Notes under the pieces: model-generated
Told to the model about the DNA's origin: nothing
What the model saw: only the letters and a program-made list of their open reading frames with translations
Database searches by the model: none
Program-made: the position numbers and the translations under genes
Origin: Armatimonadia bacterium
GTDB taxonomy: Bacteria; Armatimonadota; Zipacnadia; Zipacnadales; UBA11051
Length of the DNA: 17,062 nucleotides
Direction: 5' to 3'
Assembly (NCBI GenBank): GCA_039683575.1
Contig: JBDKRC010000082.1
Coordinates: 1-17,062, forward strand
In this document: positions 15,851 through 17,062 of the stretch, piece after piece
Layout of the letters: every line of letters begins with the position of its first letter
How positions within the stretch are numbered: position 1 is the first letter of the stretch

Positions 15851-17062
15851 ATGAGCACCTGCAGTCTTCGCGTCGACGACCTCTTCGTCGAGTTCATCAC
15901 GCCCACCATCCTGCGCGTCCGCAAGTTCAGCGGCGACAGGCCCCCGGAGGCCCCGCTACTGCGCTACGGCTTCTTCCGCCGTGACTGGCCCGAGGTACCG
16001 ACCGAGAGCACCGATACCGATGACACCCTTGCTCTCAGCTCCTCCGCTCTCACCGTCACCGTGGACAAGCAGACCGGCAAGCTGACCATCGCCGACGTTT
16101 CAGGCAAGGTCCTCCTCACCGACGCCGAACCCGCGCTCAGCGACGACCAGGGCTTCGAAACCCGCTTTGAATTACCCGCCGACCGCGAATTCTTCGGCCT
16201 CGGCGACCAGCAGCGCGAGCGCCTCGCCCTGCGCGGCACCCTCGGCGATCTCTGGGTCCGCAATGTCACCGGCTACATCCCCATCCCCTTCTTCTGGACC
16301 CCTGACGGCTTCGGGATCGTAGTCAACACCACCCGCCGACTGCTCGTGGACCTCGGCCACTCCTCCCCCGACTGGTTCGGCTTCCGCGCCCAGGGCGGCT
16401 CGCTGGACTACTATTTCATCCTCGGCCCCGAGCCTGCGCAGATCCTGTCCGCCTACACCGACCTCACCGGCAAGCCCCCCATGCCGCCCAAGTGGGCTCT
16501 CGGCCTGTGGTTCATCTGCCGCACCCAGGCCAATGACCGCGAGTTCCTCGAAGACTGCTACCACTTCCGCAACGAACGCATCCCCTGTGACGCCATCGGT
16601 CTCGAGCCTGGCTGGATGGATAAGAACTACGACTACTCGATAAACAAAGACTGGAGCCGCGACCGCTTCCCCGTCCCCGGCTACGACCGCAACCCCGGCC
16701 GCTACACCTTCTTCCGCGCTGCCCGCCGCATGGGCTTCAAGCCCGGCCTGTGGCTCTGTATGGACTACGACGTCAGCTACGAAGCCGAGCGGCGCGCCAA
16801 GGCCGAGATCGCCGTGGAAGAAGACAAGGTCGAGCGCCGCGGTTTCGAGCAGGACGAGCACCTCGCCGCCGCCCTGCGCATGGACAACCTCACCAGGCCC
16901 GACGTCCCGTGGTTCGAGCACCTTAAGGACTTCGTGGACCAGGGCGCCGAGTGGTTCAAGCAGGACGGCAGCAACCAGGTCCTCGAGCACCCCGACCGTC
17001 TCTACGGCAACGGCATGCGCGACGACGAGATGCACAATCTCTACCCCATGCTGTACTCCAAG
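15851..17062 (+). CDS. Glycoside hydrolase family 31 (TIM-barrel), truncated at the window edge; not in the ORF track
   Basis: ATG 15851 follows GAGGGAG and the frame stays open for 404 codons to the window end. My translation contains FFGLGD, YIPIPFFW, LDYYFILG, YTDLTGKPPMPPKWALG, IPCDAIGLEPGW, WFKQDGSN (putative nucleophile Asp at 16964-16966) and MHNLYP. Confidence 0.92.
   Translation, partial: MSTCSLRVDDLFVEFITPTILRVRKFSGDRPPEAPLLRYGFFRRDWPEVPTESTDTDDTLALSSSALTVTVDKQTGKLTIADVSGKVLLTDAEPALSDDQGFETRFELPADREFFGLGDQQRERLALRGTLGDLWVRNVTGYIPIPFFWTPDGFGIVVNTTRRLLVDLGHSSPDWFGFRAQGGSLDYYFILGPEPAQILSAYTDLTGKPPMPPKWALGLWFICRTQANDREFLEDCYHFRNERIPCDAIGLEPGWMDKNYDYSINKDWSRDRFPVPGYDRNPGRYTFFRAARRMGFKPGLWLCMDYDVSYEAERRAKAEIAVEEDKVERRGFEQDEHLAAALRMDNLTRPDVPWFEHLKDFVDQGAEWFKQDGSNQVLEHPDRLYGNGMRDDEMHNLYPMLYSK

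Noticed and set aside
16172..17035. 287-aa minus-strand ORF
   Set aside because: It is a shadow of the + strand GH31 gene, which the track missed because it has no stop in the window.
1..17062. Prophage, defence island, transposon or secondary-metabolite cluster
   Set aside because: No integrase, transposase, phage, defence or scaffold-synthase gene is present. The aminotransferase, aldolase and methyltransferase are in separate transcription units.

Overview
A GC-rich bacterial chromosomal segment with mixed metabolic and cell-envelope glycan genes. The gene style suggests an Armatimonadota/Planctomycetota-like organism, which is inference only. In order it holds: a stand-alone fused E1 alpha-beta 2-oxoacid/acetoin dehydrogenase; a secreted EEP-family nuclease/phosphatase overlapping an orphan sensor histidine kinase; a DegT-family sugar aminotransferase; a convergent HpcH/HpaI aldolase; a class I SAM methyltransferase; a 1160-aa secreted (adaptor+CBM4/9-like)x2 + GH123/DUF4091-like glycosidase coupled to a YdcF/DUF218 protein; a Wzy/O-antigen-ligase-like membrane protein; a secreted unknown protein; a convergent GT2; and a GH31 gene that runs off the right edge and is absent from the ORF track. 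The intergenic DNA is rich in structure: two different GTAG-type REP families, two other long palindromes, a C-run tandem repeat (G-quadruplex-capable on the minus strand) upstream of an ECF-type promoter, and an attenuator-like leader with a partial TPP-aptamer resemblance upstream of the TPP-dependent E1. I found no transposase, integrase, CRISPR array, tRNA or rRNA. I cannot support a clear-cut new system. The best candidates are the glycan synthesis/remodelling cluster, the orphan E1 with its leader, and the REP families.
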